Shown here: positions 11,701 through 23,911 of the stretch, in pieces
Position numbering within the stretch: the stretch's first letter is position 1
Layout of the letters: every line of letters begins with the position of its first letter
NCBI GenBank assembly: GCA_000708835.1
Contig: DF237411.1
Span: 1-64,000, forward strand
Direction: 5' to 3'
Source: Klebsormidium nitens
Lineage: Eukaryota; Plantae; Klebsormidiophyceae
DNA length: 64,000 nucleotides
Notes under the pieces: generated by a model
The model's database searches: none
The model's input: the letters and a program-made list of their open reading frames with translations, nothing else
What the model was told of the DNA's origin: nothing
Translations under genes and position numbers: made by a program

Positions 11701-14169
11701 GCGGTTGCTGGTGATTGGCAGACGGTCGTCCAGCTCCTCGTGCAGAATCGAGTCCAGATTCTTGTCGTGCACCTGAAAAGTAGGGTTGGGGACTGGGTTA
11801 GCGATTGATCTAGCTTGACGAGAAGTGGGTCACAACTTCTATTGGAGCGGGATAGTACATAGGCAGACGGTCGTCCAGCTCCTTGTGCAGAATGACGTCC
11901 AGGATTCTTGTTGTGCACCTGAACTTGGGTCATGGATCGGGTTGATATTTGATTCTCTTGCACGGAAGTGGGTTATAGCTTCTCCAAAGCAGAAATGGAT
12001 ATTGCCAGTAGGCAGCTGGACGTCCAGCTCCTCGTTCAGAATGGCGTCCAGGTTCTTGTCATGCACCTGAAGACAGGGTTTAGAATGGGGTTAGGACAGG
12101 CGTTGAGTTCGCGAGAAGAGGGTCCACAGCTTCCTTGGAGCAAGAGTCGAAAGTAGGCAGCGAGTGACCAGCTCCTCAAACAGAAGGTGTCAAGGTTTCA
12201 GTCGTGCGCCTGAAACCGGGTTTGCGAGCTGGGTCACGAGTCCTTTCAGTCGCTTAAGGAGTTGGACCTTTGATTCAGATTTCGTCCCAGGTACAGGGGA
12301 GTTTGAGATCTTAAATCCAGGAGGTTTTGGTTTTCAATACAGTGCCATAGCTTTTCCAAGATTGATACGCGTATGCTATCCTGGAAGGAACCCAGATGTG
12401 AAGACACTTTACCAGATTATCAAGAAACAATAATGTACAAAAGCCGGGTCATTTCGGGAGAGTTTCCAGATTCAAATACCAAGGGTTCAGTCCAGATTCC
12501 AGTCAGGCTTGCATAACTTTACCGACTCTTTTGGCAAACTGCGAGGTTTGAGCAGGGCAGCTTGCAACGGCTCAGAATACAGTCCTTCCCACTTGGCAAG
12601 GGGTGATATCAATCAAATCAAGTGCGTGGAAACACCGCCTAAACCAGGTATAAACACCCTCTACAGACCATCTGCAATCAGGTTCCTCTCAGGCAAGAAC
12701 TGGCAGCCAGGAGAGAAAGTTGAATCCACTGTCAGGAGATTGTAAGCTCAAGAGTGAAGCATGAAGACTAAGATTGAAAGAAAAAGGCCGAGTATTAAAG
12801 ACTAGGCCAGGAGTCAGGTCTTTCTATCACTTTGTGAGGAACTTCAGAGGTGTTTTTATTTAGCAAGAAGGGGCATTGACAACAGTTACTGTCTTCACAC
12901 TTAGATGCAAGACAGCATATTAATCAATCCAACACAGTCTATCAGTGTCCCAGTCTTCATCAAGGTGGGCAAAGGGAGTATGCACCGAGAACAAGCAGCC
13001 TTCTTCTAACCAAAGACCCTGCCAAAAAAAGAACATGGGAGTACAGGACAGGAGTTACACGGAATGTTATTCCATATCAGCTCCCAATGAACTGTTCTCC
13101 AGAATAACACAGGAAAAATATGGGGTTCTGTGAAATTGCACAAAAGTTACATTCTCGGACTTGCTTCTTATGTTCCTGGATAAAGGAAGGAGTGAGCTAA
13201 GGCCTGATCTGTAGGGGAAGAATAATGAGTGAAGAACCAAATGTGCCAATGACCTTGCAGAGTCTGAATTCCTCTCTGGTAAACATCAGTGATATCCCTC
13301 TCTGCTGAACATCTGTGATCATGAAGATGGTTCAGTTGGTGAAGTGAACAGATTGGCACCCAACTGTTCTGCGTTCAAAGTCTGTCTTGCAACGGACAAT
13401 ATATACAAGCACTGTATGCTGGGCGCAGAAAGAAGAGTTACTAGCAGGGGCAGTATGTCTGAGATGCAGGGCCCCTAAAGGGCACCCTGCAGGTTTGAGG
13501 GGCTTGAGAGAAGGGGTGAATGTAGTAGGAACTACGTGAGAACCAAAAAAGAAAGATTCTCGTTCTTACATCTGGCATGCAGGCTGAGATTGTTTGAAAC
13601 AGACTGGACATTCTGCCCCTCCAGTATTGTGTGCACGCAAAGTGTCCATCTGAGTTGCTGAAAACAAATACTCTACATCCATGCACTCCAGAGACTCGCT
13701 TCCCACAGAGGCTCACAGTGTTTGGAAGGGTACATTTTGAAGAAAGTTTGTTTCTGTCACTTCTTAGTAATATTACCGGTGACCCAACCAACAAAGTTTC
13801 CGCATACTCAGCAAATCCCCCCACAGCAATACAAGGAGAACAGCGCTGAAGGAATCGTTGAACATGAGGGATTCAACCAGGGCAATGAGCACACGTTCAA
13901 AGTGATCAACCAAAACTTGGATGTCCAAGAGGGGGCAGCTCCAGTCTGATTAACCAAAACGTGAGGCAATCAGCGCAGCTCACCCGTGCAGAGGCGCGCC
14001 CCTTTCCGGCGCCCATCTCGCTCATCTCAGCCTCCTTGGCCGCCCCCGCTGGCGCAAAGTCGGACTCCTTTGCGGGCTCCATCATGACGTCCTTTGGCAG
14101 CGAGCGGGTGATTGAAGGCTGGGATATGCTGCTTAGTTTGGTGGTTCCACCAACAGTCGCCAACGCCAA
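5788..14169 (-). CDS. LHT: Lysine/histidine transporter-like amino acid permease (AAAP family), 10 coding exons
   Basis: Phase-consistent exons: 14169-13984, 11772-11606 ([34 protein letters not shown]), 11107-10974, 10097-9877, 9586-9528 ([12 protein letters not shown]), 9209-9044 ([13 protein letters not shown]), 8488-8255, 7737-7635 (PVFDMIET), 7055-6964 ([15 protein letters not shown]), 6392-6324, 5886-5788 (ASTYKFYQ*). All have GT-AG borders. The first exon is assigned by phase only. Confidence 0.92.
11715..12260 (-). repeat. Tandem array of about 146-bp units, each being the intron 3' end, acceptor AG and first ~55 nt of LHT exon 2 (4 copies)
   Basis: Exon-like starts at 11772 (functional), 11918, 12066 and 12209; spacings 146, 148, 143. 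Translations: [19 protein letters not shown] / frameshifted copy / [19 protein letters not shown] / AHD*NLDT. The intronic parts also align (gaagtgggtcacaacttct, gaagtgggttatagcttct, gaagagggtccacagcttc). Confidence 0.9.
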
Positions 14170-15231
14170 TGGCAGCAGAGAAGCGTACTTCCTGGATCAA
14201 GGAGCGCTGCACGAGAGAGTGCTTCCGCAAATGTGGAGCCTTCAAGCTTCACAATGAATTTGAAGCGTCTGCAACCATTGGCATACGCTAGGCCTACCTG
14301 ATAGGTAGCTCGTAATGTGGGGTAGGTAGTACTAGTACGTTGGAGCCGGCCAGGCTTCTTTCTCGCGTGCTCCAGCCTCGTATCTCGCCCATTGAATGCG
14401 ACCTAGCGGACTCGTGCGGCGAAACGGGCAGAGGCATAATGATCGCACACAGCTCAGCAAATGCAGCTGAGCGCCCCTGGATGCAACAGCGGCCAATAAC
14501 GAGTCGCCAGATGGCAACCAGTCATCTGTTTGACTGGACTCGTGAGACGGATGACCTGACATTTGAGCAATCTTGGTATCTCGTCGGAGAAGCGTTCTGT
14601 ACCTTCCTGCTGCAGAGCTTTCGACGAGGAATGAATAATAGACTCTTCGTCGAAAGCTTGGTCGATTGATCCTGACGTCATTTTCACCGTTGCACGCGGC
14701 CCCATATATTTGGGTGGATGACAAGTCACCAAAGCAACACGTGGCAGCTTGCCATACATGCGAGCCTGCGGGATCATCTTCTGACGCACACCTGAGGCTG
14801 TGGTCTTGTACCCGGTACAATATTGCGTATTAGAATTTAGGATGGATTAGCTCCCGCCCGGGGCAGTCCCCCTGGCTCGTGAGTCCCTTATAATCTCTGG
14901 TGCTCAAGTGCCTGGTAAGGTCTGGAGCGGGCTCCCTGGGAGTCCATGAACTTGGGTACATACTACAGAGTATAAGGCAACAGGAGGCGAGAACGGTCGG
15001 GAACGGTCAAGTTCTGTGCTGAGTCGGAGGCTTGAAAGTGTGCTGACCAAGCCTCTGTAACCTTGTTTCAGAACTTGAAGTCTTCTGCAGGGGCGCCGAA
15101 TGTCGTTTCTACTGAGAATCAGAATACTTTGGTGAAGGAGGCGTGTCATAGGACGCACAGAAAGGGTTGACGACAAGACGTTGGAGCTTTGACAGTAGAC
15201 CTTTAGTCCCCAAGTTCATGCTTTTGCGACA

Positions 15232-18200
15232 ATGGCTGCTGATGCGCACGTCGCTCCGGCTCGCTTCACCACACGGGCAATGCCTGAGCTATTTCAGGGG
15301 CAAGACAGCCGGCCTCTGACGTTCTCATGGCTTTCTGCCGAGAACTTCGTCAAGGAGACGCTTCAAGCTGGTGCGCTTGCTCACCTAAGCACGCCCCCTT
15401 TGCACCGTTCCGGAGGTTTAAGGAGCGCGAGGTTTGAGGTGGACAAAGTTTCGGGAAGGAGGGGGTTGAGGTTCCTGCTTGGAAGCCCTCCAATGGGGTC
15501 TGGAAACTTAGCATTCCAGGTCTGTGCAACTTCCTACCACCCGGCTAAGCCCCTCTCTGTTTCCTCGCGTACGTTTAAACTGAAAACCTATAAATGTTGG
15601 TCCCTTTTCATTGTGAAACATTTACATCAAATCTAACGTTTGTTGTACGGTCTGTGCTTTAGATCTGGTCCCCTGAAGGTTTGCACAAATGGTGCAAGTG
15701 TTGCCAGCATCTTGTCTCTTGCGCACATGAGGAGCTTATGCTCAAGGAAGCAAGGCGGCTAGCCGACATTCAACATCCTGTGTGATGTAGTGCCACTATC
15801 TTGTCTGTTGAATAATGTAAAATACACAATGCCATTCTGCTTTGGGTTAGACTGCAAACCATAGGTGCTGACGACTGTGGAGCCTTGGTAGAATGCATAT
15901 GTTCTGTTGCATTGCAGCACCATTTTAAGCGCTGGTCTGGTCAGTTGCATTTTTGCGAGTCTCACGCTTCTCCTCCTCTCTCCCTGCAGACTGAAGTTTG
16001 TACAGCAGAACCACTGGCCACAGAACCTGGCACTGAGTGTCCCTTCAAACCAGTTCCTGACAACAGTCCTGTGCGCCGCTCTTTAGCTAACCGCGCGGCA
16101 AAGCAAACACCAGAGAAACGGTGGAGCAGGCACTCAGAGCGGCACTTTGTGAACAAAAATGGCCACCGGATATACACGCAGCAGTGGACACCGGACGGGA
16201 CACCAATGAAGTGAGTGCCACAGCTTAATGGAAAGACAGGCGCTAGCTTCCTTGCTGTCTGGTTAAGAAGTGGGGATCAACTGCCGTTGTGTATTTCTTG
16301 TTTAAAGGACAGTCTTTGTTTCTGGCATAGCGCCGTTTGCTCGTTCATTATCTTACGCAGGTCCAGTATCTGTATAGCACTGCTGCACCAGCTGAGTTCT
16401 GCAGCAGTTAAACCTCTGCTTGGATGATGGCTTGTCTTCTCCTGGATTTTGTAAGGTCTGAGCTTTTGTCTGGTAGGCTCTGAGAAGCTTCACAAAGCTA
16501 GAAGATTCTTTGAGATGGACCTGTGAACCTCAAGCCATGGTGGACTCTCCATTTTTTGGGAAACTGGTGAGCCAAGTTGAGACAAATTCTGAGCTGCGTT
16601 GGTACTGCTGGCTACAGGGCCGCTGTCGTTGTCTTCCATGGTCTGAACGAGCACAGTGGCAGATACAAGCACCTAGCACGACAGCTGACGAAGCAAGGTT
16701 ACGGGGTCTTTGGCATGGATTGGTATGGTGAGACTCTGTTCCAAACTTTTTGGACCAGCATTTAAGTGCATTCAGGCAACTTAGCGGTGCTTTTTCTGCA
16801 CAGAATTCACATTGACGCCGAGTCTGTGCATCCCGCCAGGCTGAAATGCGATTGAGCTTAGAGACATACGAACTGTGCTTTTCTTCCCCCAACTTTATTT
16901 GCAGACTTTGCCGGCATGGATAGTAAAGGCCACGGTTTGAAAATCAGGCCAAACCTTTTTCAAACTACCAGGCTCGCTAGACAAGGCAAGCCAAAACCAG
17001 TGGCAATAGAGTTTCTCGGATCGGTTCTCGGATCGGAATATTCTAAAAAGACCTTTCCTTGAGAAGAAACAGACAGGGGCTGATAGAACTTCTGGACTAA
17101 AAATGCTTGTTCCCCTGCCTGCTTGTGCAAGCGGTGGAGCGAAGCTCGAAAAAGGCAAATGATTCTTGTTGCATCCTCGCTCATACTCTCCCCACGCTTG
17201 TAGGTCATGGACGAAGCGACGGGCTACATGGTTTCGTTGACCGCCTCGATAACACAGTCCAGGACGCCGTAAGTTGTCTCCCCATGACTTTACTCTTTCG
17301 GTCCACTTCCTGTCATATGCTTCGGTTCCAATTCGTTTTTGAGTGCTCATGCTAAAACTTTGTTACCCCGAAACTCCGTGTCGGGTCTGTCCTTCATCGT
17401 GATATGTGGTTTTCTTTGGCTTTTCATGTCGTTTAACGATTGGACTTGACGGGAATTCATGGTTGAGACCTACCGACTCTGCGAAGCTCCAGTGACGTTC
17501 TTCGGATCTAATCATGGCTGTTTCCTGGAATGCGAAGCAAGGGAGCAACTGCGGCAATTCTATACTGGAGTCGAGGACTTCCTCTCACAACATGACAGAT
17601 TGAGAGTTTATCCGGGCACATAAACGACAAATTGGACAGGGAGACGACAGTTAGGAATCTTGAGAGATGCAAGATTCTGATATCCCTCGGGCTTGCAGGG
17701 AGCCTATCTGAAGATGGTGAAGCGGCTGAATCCAGGGGTGCCGTGCTTCGTGTACGGGCACTCCACTGGTGCAGCTATTGCGCTCAAGGTAACGGTTCAT
17801 CTCTCCAACTCGTTTCTAGTTTCCAACTTTGAGCTGTTCGCCTCGACTTGGGTCTGGATGCGCTGCGCCTGACTTTGACGAAAGCATTCTGAAGTCAACC
17901 GAGTTTTTGGAAGAGTGCGAACTGAAGTGCCCTTACTCTCTGGCGTTTGGACATGATACCGGACTGAAAACCGAAGTGCCCTTTTCTTAAAATTTGAAGT
18001 AGCTTTACGTCCTTGGCACCTACCCAGGGAGACTTTCCGCGGTTCAATAATAGTTTATCAGTAGTCGTATCGAAAGAAACAACATCGTGCATTTGCAATC
18101 AAAAAGACTGCGCAAGAAAAGAGGCTGCACTTTCAGGCCACCTGCTTCGTCGATATCAAGCGAACCAGTGCCGACTCCTCGATACTGCATTCCTGCAGGC

Positions 18201-19696
18201 TACGCAAACTTCCCCCCGGAGCGAGCTCGCCGGTCTCGTTCTCACCGCCCCCGCTATCGCAATCCAGCCACCTCATCCAGTCCTTGCTGTAAGTACTGCC
18301 ACTGATCTTCGAATCCAGGAGGCGGTCGCAAACGGGGTCGAGGATTTGTTTCGTACGAACGTGCATTGCAACGCTAAGGAGCATGCAGATCACCAACTTC
18401 AGGATTCTGGCACCCGGCGGATCAAGTAGGATTTATCACGCAGGGGGCAATTGCCAACGGGTCCCCTTTGCGGAGCACTTTGTTGGGACCGTTCATATTG
18501 AGCTTCCGAGGTTGGGTTTCGAGCCAACCGGGATTTCAGTTCAGATGTTGTTAATCCATTTGCCTCCAAGCTGCGAGAGTTTCACAAGGAAGCCAGAACC
18601 GGAAGGAGCATAAGTAGCGGCGAAGAAACAAGGGACACGCTCTTTTCCACTGTCCCTCTTCCTGATCGCAATCACGGAAACCACTTTCTTTCCTTTTTCT
18701 TTCTCGTCTGCCTTCTTGCCCGTCTGTCCAATGGCATTATTCAGTCGTTTCTCTGTCACAGCACAATTGTTCGCCACTTCTCCAATCCCTTCTCTCGCGA
18801 AAGGAAGTAGCCTCCTCACAGTCTGTCTCTTGCCCGCAGACTCTGCTGCCGTTCTTCTCCGAGGTCGTCCCCACGCTCCAGGTTGAGGCCGCCAACCGGT
18901 CGGACATCAAAAACTCCCGGGATCCAGCCTCTCTTCTCGACAAGTACAGCGATCCCCTGGTTTACACAGGCAGTATACGCGTGCGCACCGGCAGTGAAGT
19001 CCTCAGGTATGGGACGTCCTGGCTGGTCGGTTGTCGCTAGGAAAGAGTTTCGGTCTTGATTTGTTGTTTCAATCGGTTCGAATTTCTCAATGTGTCTTTC
19101 CTTGTTGTGTTGCGAGAGTTGTCTGTGGTTCCTGAATCAACTCAAGCCGATAGGAGTGTAAAGCGTTGAGAGATCGATAAGTCGGACGCTCAGGCTTGCC
19201 CTTTTCCCATGTTTACGTGGTGCTGATGACGAGCAGATTAAGGACTAGCCTACTCAAGCATCGGGACTTCGTCGCACGTTTGGGCAGTTTGGTTGACATG
19301 CTCCTTTTCAGATACTTTGCTCAGCTTTTTTCCTCCCTCACACCATTTTCGTTCCGCAGGATTGCTTCGGACGTCCGGCAGAACCTGCACCGCGTCCGGC
19401 ACCCCTTCTTCGTATGCCACGGGACGGGCGACCGGGTGACGCTCCCCGAGGGTTCCCACGAGCTGTTCCGGCGGGCCCCGGTCGCCCAGAAGAAGCTCAA
19501 GCTGTACCCCGGGTGCTTGCACGACCTGCTGCTGGAGCCCGAGAAAGACGAGCTCGTGCGAGACGTTGTAAGCTGGATGGACGGGCGGTTAAATGAGGGG
19601 GAAAATGGCGAGGAGGAGTTGAGTGTGAGTGGAAGACGAGAGGAGAAGAGTGTGAGGGGTGGAAGCGTTGGGCTGGAAATGGTGGAGCGCTGCTGA
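15232..19696 (+). CDS. MAGL: Monoacylglycerol lipase / lysophospholipase-like alpha/beta hydrolase, 8 exons
   Basis: Exons 15232-15519, 15990-16210, 16618-16727 (VFHGLNEHSGRY), 17204-17268 (GHGRSDG), 17699-17788 (nucleophile motif GHSTG), 18199-18288, 18840-19006 (DPLVYTGSIRVRTG), 19360-19696 (HGTGDRVT and YPGCLHDLL). The Ser-Asp-His triad is present. Confidence 0.9.
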
Positions 19697-21604
19697 TTGG
19701 GTTGCCGCGGAGTCGATTGTGAGGGGATACGCAAGCAAGCACTTGTTACCTAGGAGGTGGATGTCCAATTTTGTCCGCTCTGGAAAGGTACAAGGTATGC
19801 TGCTTGCTCCAGAGCGGGCTGAATTGATTTTTGACGCACAGTGGCTACCAGAAGCCATATAGTCCTTGGGGTGAGGAAAGCCCAGGATCTGCTGCTAGGC
19901 TCGTAGGCTTGTAGCTAGGAGCCCACAAGGCAATTGAGGTCCCCGAACAAATATAGCAGCGTAATTGGCGAGGGGTTTACATTAGATTGTAACAATGATA
20001 AGACCGAGTAGGAGGTTGACGAGAATTGGAATCGAGCCGCCTGTGCTACATAAAGGGCGCGGCTGGTGTGTAACAGTACGGTACTTGCCCTCTGATAAGT
20101 GTCAGGAGATTGCGATGAATTAGCGACTGTCATGTGTAAGGACAACAGAGCAATTTTAACCAGTCTGTCCATGTAATGTAGCCTCGAACATGCGATTTTT
20201 GCAGTCTAGCTGACCGCGTGGCTGTCTAGAGTATACTTCAAAACGTTCCAATTAATCAGCCGCTGAGCAGAAAAACCCGGCAGTGACAGTACTAGACTGT
20301 GTTTTATGTGTGTGACATCGAGACTATATATGCATCAAAATCTGGTTTATGATAGTACGTGGATATCCTGGGGTTTAAAGTCAAGTGTGTACCTGAATCC
20401 TAGCTCACCTTATACGCGGTATCATGCATGCAGATCTGCATGCAATGTGTCATGCATGTTAACCGGTCTATAGCTGCATCAACGCATAGCTCGATATGCC
20501 AATATCAATTCACGTGTATACTCGATGCCAAAATTCATGCACGTACTGTACACGATCTGGCACTGTGCGTAATAGCCAGCCGCCGCGCTAAATTGAATTC
20601 CATGCAGTGTATGCTGTGCAGTGTACATTGTCACTATGAATAAGTAGTTGCCAATTATATAATATTGAATAACAAGCATGCCATGGTTCTAAACCCAAAG
20701 ATCTTGCTCAAGATAGATTCTGCATCATGCAAGGCGAATTGAGACCCCATGTGTTAATTAAGTGCATAGAGCTGCGCTCCCCGGCCATGTGGATTGGCGT
20801 GGGCGGCTGCTTCAAAGCCGGCCACTGCCATGTATGATCTTTATATTGGATCGCCATGCACGTCAAGGCTGATTGATGCCTGCGCATATCGAAAGCAGCC
20901 CCCAAACCATTACTGCAAAAGGATTGATTCAATTCAGTCTCAATGACAATCCTTAATAAGTTGACAATCATTCGTGCTGTGCAAACCTGTCTGGCGGCGA
21001 CACCCAGCAGTTGTCGACTAGAGGAAATGGGATCTGTATCTCGTATGCCTAAGGAGTGGTGCGGACATGCTATGATCCAGACATATACAGAAAGTGCACA
21101 TCATGGAACTGTGACCTATGTGACCCATGTCATGTGAGGCCCTAAGCGTCGCAGCCTACATGACCCTTGTACGTGGGCGGCCCCAACAACTTGTACTTTT
21201 CAAAAATCGTGCAATTGTCTGAGGCTGGCACATCAGATGCAACTGGTTGCAAAATGGAGCAGAACACCCGGCTGTCAAGATCGCTAGACCCAGGCTTGCA
21301 ATCATCAAAAGCGGAAGGCATGTATGCAAAGACATTTTACAAGCTTTGAAACAATATTGAATCTGATTCCGGCGAGCATTGCTGATTGTCCTGTGTAACT
21401 ATGTGACCACCTTGACCTGCCTTTCAATACCTGCGACTTGTGAACGTTGTTAGGTGAATAAATCTTGTGATCCTAAGCGGAACCATGTTCTTGTGTATGA
21501 TATCATGGTCAGTAAAACGAAGAGCTAATACTCTGCTTCTCAAACACGTTGTCCATGTCCTGGTTGGGCTGGTAAGTAACAATACAACATACTCCCTGCC
21601 AATG

Positions 21605-22480
21605 TTAAGATAAACTCGAAAACTGAATCGTGAAGCTATACTCCCGAGACATCGCTTCACTCAACTTCTCCTTTCGTGCGTCCACTCCTTTCGCAAAGAA
21701 GTATTTCACCCGCAGCAACACGTCATTGATCTTGACTTTGCTGTCACGTCCTTTCTTCACTGGCTTCCCTGCTCGGCTGTCGGACCAATCCATATCAAGA
21801 TAGAAGTTGTGTTGTACAAAGTTGAACTTGGGCGGATCCAACAGCTGATGCGAGACATCATTGATCGCTATCCTCTTCATCACCACCACAAACTCCGGCT
21901 TTGCTTTGTGCATCAACCTCAACTTGCAGAAAAGCTCCTCCCCATCCGTGCGTTCAACCAACGCTTGAAGTGCGTTGCACAGACGGGCCTCAGCCTCAGG
22001 CTTGCACACACCCGTACAGTCGCCCCGGTAGCGCTTCCCTCCACTTGAATCAGCGACCATTCTGTCAAGGCGCACTGTTTTTCCGTCAGCAGACTGGAAG
22101 AGGATGCCTTCATCCCCCAGGCTCACATCAACCAGCACAACGTAGTCATCAAGCTCAGGGTTTTGAGCGCCCAATCCCAGGGGGTTGAACTCTGCAACTC
22201 TGCGCCCTTCTTCTTTCCCCCTCTCTTCGACAAGCTCGTCCGCGCGTTGCAAGCGGAAAAACAGGTGCTTGTAAGACTTGTACTGCGCGGAAAAGATCTT
22301 CTTTGCTGGGGACACCAGGATCGAAGGGCAGGCACGCTCGCACCACCCCTGCCAAAGTTGTCCGTGCCTAGTTACAACCCACCGCTGCAGTGTCTTGGAA
22401 ACGCACTCCAAGCTGCACATATCTCGCAGCGGCAAAAGATCCAGGATCTTGTTGAACACTGGCTCGTGGAGAGTCTCCAT
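21605..22480 (-). CDS. F-box protein, single coding exon
   Basis: N-terminal F-box pattern LHEPVFNKILDLLPLRDMCSLECVSKTLQRW...LWQGWC in an open frame of about 290 codons. The ORF-track start (22543) is a GTG; the first ATG is at 22480, preceded by a possible acceptor ctctcag. Confidence 0.72.
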   Translation of the reverse strand: METLHEPVFNKILDLLPLRDMCSLECVSKTLQRWVVTRHGQLWQGWCERACPSILVSPAKKIFSAQYKSYKHLFFRLQRADELVEERGKEEGRRVAEFNPLGLGAQNPELDDYVVLVDVSLGDEGILFQSADGKTVRLDRMVADSSGGKRYRGDCTGVCKPEAEARLCNALQALVERTDGEELFCKLRLMHKAKPEFVVVMKRIAINDVSHQLLDPPKFNFVQHNFYLDMDWSDSRAGKPVKKGRDSKVKINDVLLRVKYFFAKGVDARKEKLSEAMSREYSFTIQFSSLS

Positions 22481-22921
22481 CCTGAGAGCGTTTGCTTGCG
22501 CTGCGCCGATTGGCACTAAAGCAGCGCTCCTCTCACAATCCACTTATGGCAAATGCTGCCAAAACCCTGCCAAAATTAGGTAACCTCGCATATCCTCGTC
22601 TCCCCAGCGATTTGGATCCTGGAATGCGAGAGCCTCAGGTCCAGCCTGAGGAGATGATCAACGTACGAGTTGAACCAGGATCTGCAGTTTTGCCGCCATT
22701 TCTCGCGGCTGCTAGAGCTTGACTCCTCGTTGGCCCATTGGCACGCAATCTTAAATGTTTCCGGGGGCTGGTTCGAGCGGTCTTGGTTACCCCCCGCCTA
22801 GTTCAGTTGCACACGAGGATGGATGCAGGTCCGACATCGGGAATCGACTTGCGATACCAGAATATCTGGCCATGTTCTTCACAACCTTTACCGGCGTCGA
22901 AGGGGCCCCCATAGTTTGGGC

Positions 22922-23321
22922 TAGACCATAAGCCCATCGTGGCGCAACCTAATTGATTGCGCCAATTGGGGTTGCGCCGGATTTTGCCAATATTTCGCCC
23001 AGAGCCCCTATTTCGCCAACTCGGCGCAATTCTCAAAAAAATCCGCTTATATGCGCATAAGTTAACACTTTCAAGACAAAAGTTGGTCAAAATCAGACCG
23101 AGAGCAGTCGACATCGCGGTTTTGAATCAAAGAATTGACTTCGTAGATTTTGCATATTGCTTTGCAAAGATTTGTATAAGGAGAAAGAAGCTTTTACCAT
23201 AAGCGGCAAGCTGAAGGCCCTTGTATTTCGCCAATTTCGCCGGAATGCGCCAATCGGTGCATTTTAAATCAGGGTTAGTGCATAGCGGGTTTGCATTTCG
23301 CCACGATCTCTGTATAGTCTA
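22922..23321. mobile_element. MITE-like non-autonomous DNA element (400 bp) with imperfect 26-bp terminal inverted repeats, bounded by TA
   Basis: Left end TAGACCATAAGCCCATCGTGGCGCAA versus reverse complement of right end TAGACTATACAGAGATCGTGGCGAAA (19/26 identical, no gaps). Internal repeats ATTTCGCC (x4) and TTGCGCC. No convincing ORF. Confidence 0.55.
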
Positions 23322-23911
23322 TACGCGCGACCGCCGCCCCCAGAAGGTTGGCACGCCGTGTCCGATCACTCCTAAATATCATGAAAGCGCCACAGCCCAT
23401 CATGTGTTCGACTTGATCGCAATTCAAGGGACGAGGAAAAGTCGACCGTCACATGCTTTTGAGCCATGTGTGAAGGTGCCGTGCGTCATCATTTTCTCCA
23501 TACTCACACAGCGAGATCTGTCCTGTTGTATGCACATAGCGTTTAAGTTTGTTTGGAGTGTATACTAAAAGGGCGCGTGGCGTGGCATCCCAGGCTCGGG
23601 GTTTCAAAGGAGTTTAACGCAGGCTGAGTTGACATGGGAAATCACTTGCAGCAAGCCAACAAAGTCTGCATGATGGGAACTTTCATAGGACTAATCGAAA
23701 CCATGCGTAGTCAAACAGCCCATGCGATCCGAGTACTGACGGAGTCCCAAGCAACACAACGAGATAGACAAGACTCGTCAGGGCTGTCGAAATGGCCCCC
23801 GTCCATGTAAAGAAATTGCTCGCAATGTTACGAGAATCAAATTGGTAAAGAGGCCACCACCACATGCCGCATCCGACTGACCGGCAACGTGCCGACGATA
23901 TTGCGGTCTTA

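Noticed and set aside
11715-11735. LHT has DDRLP where land-plant LHTs usually have DDWLP
   Set aside because: A single substitution in a variable N-terminal tail, shared with the adjacent echo copy; significance cannot be judged without an alignment.
14332-14820. Overlapping 109-162 aa ORFs between the LHT and MAGL starts
   Set aside because: No motifs, several competing frames, and a location in a divergent promoter region; probably non-coding.
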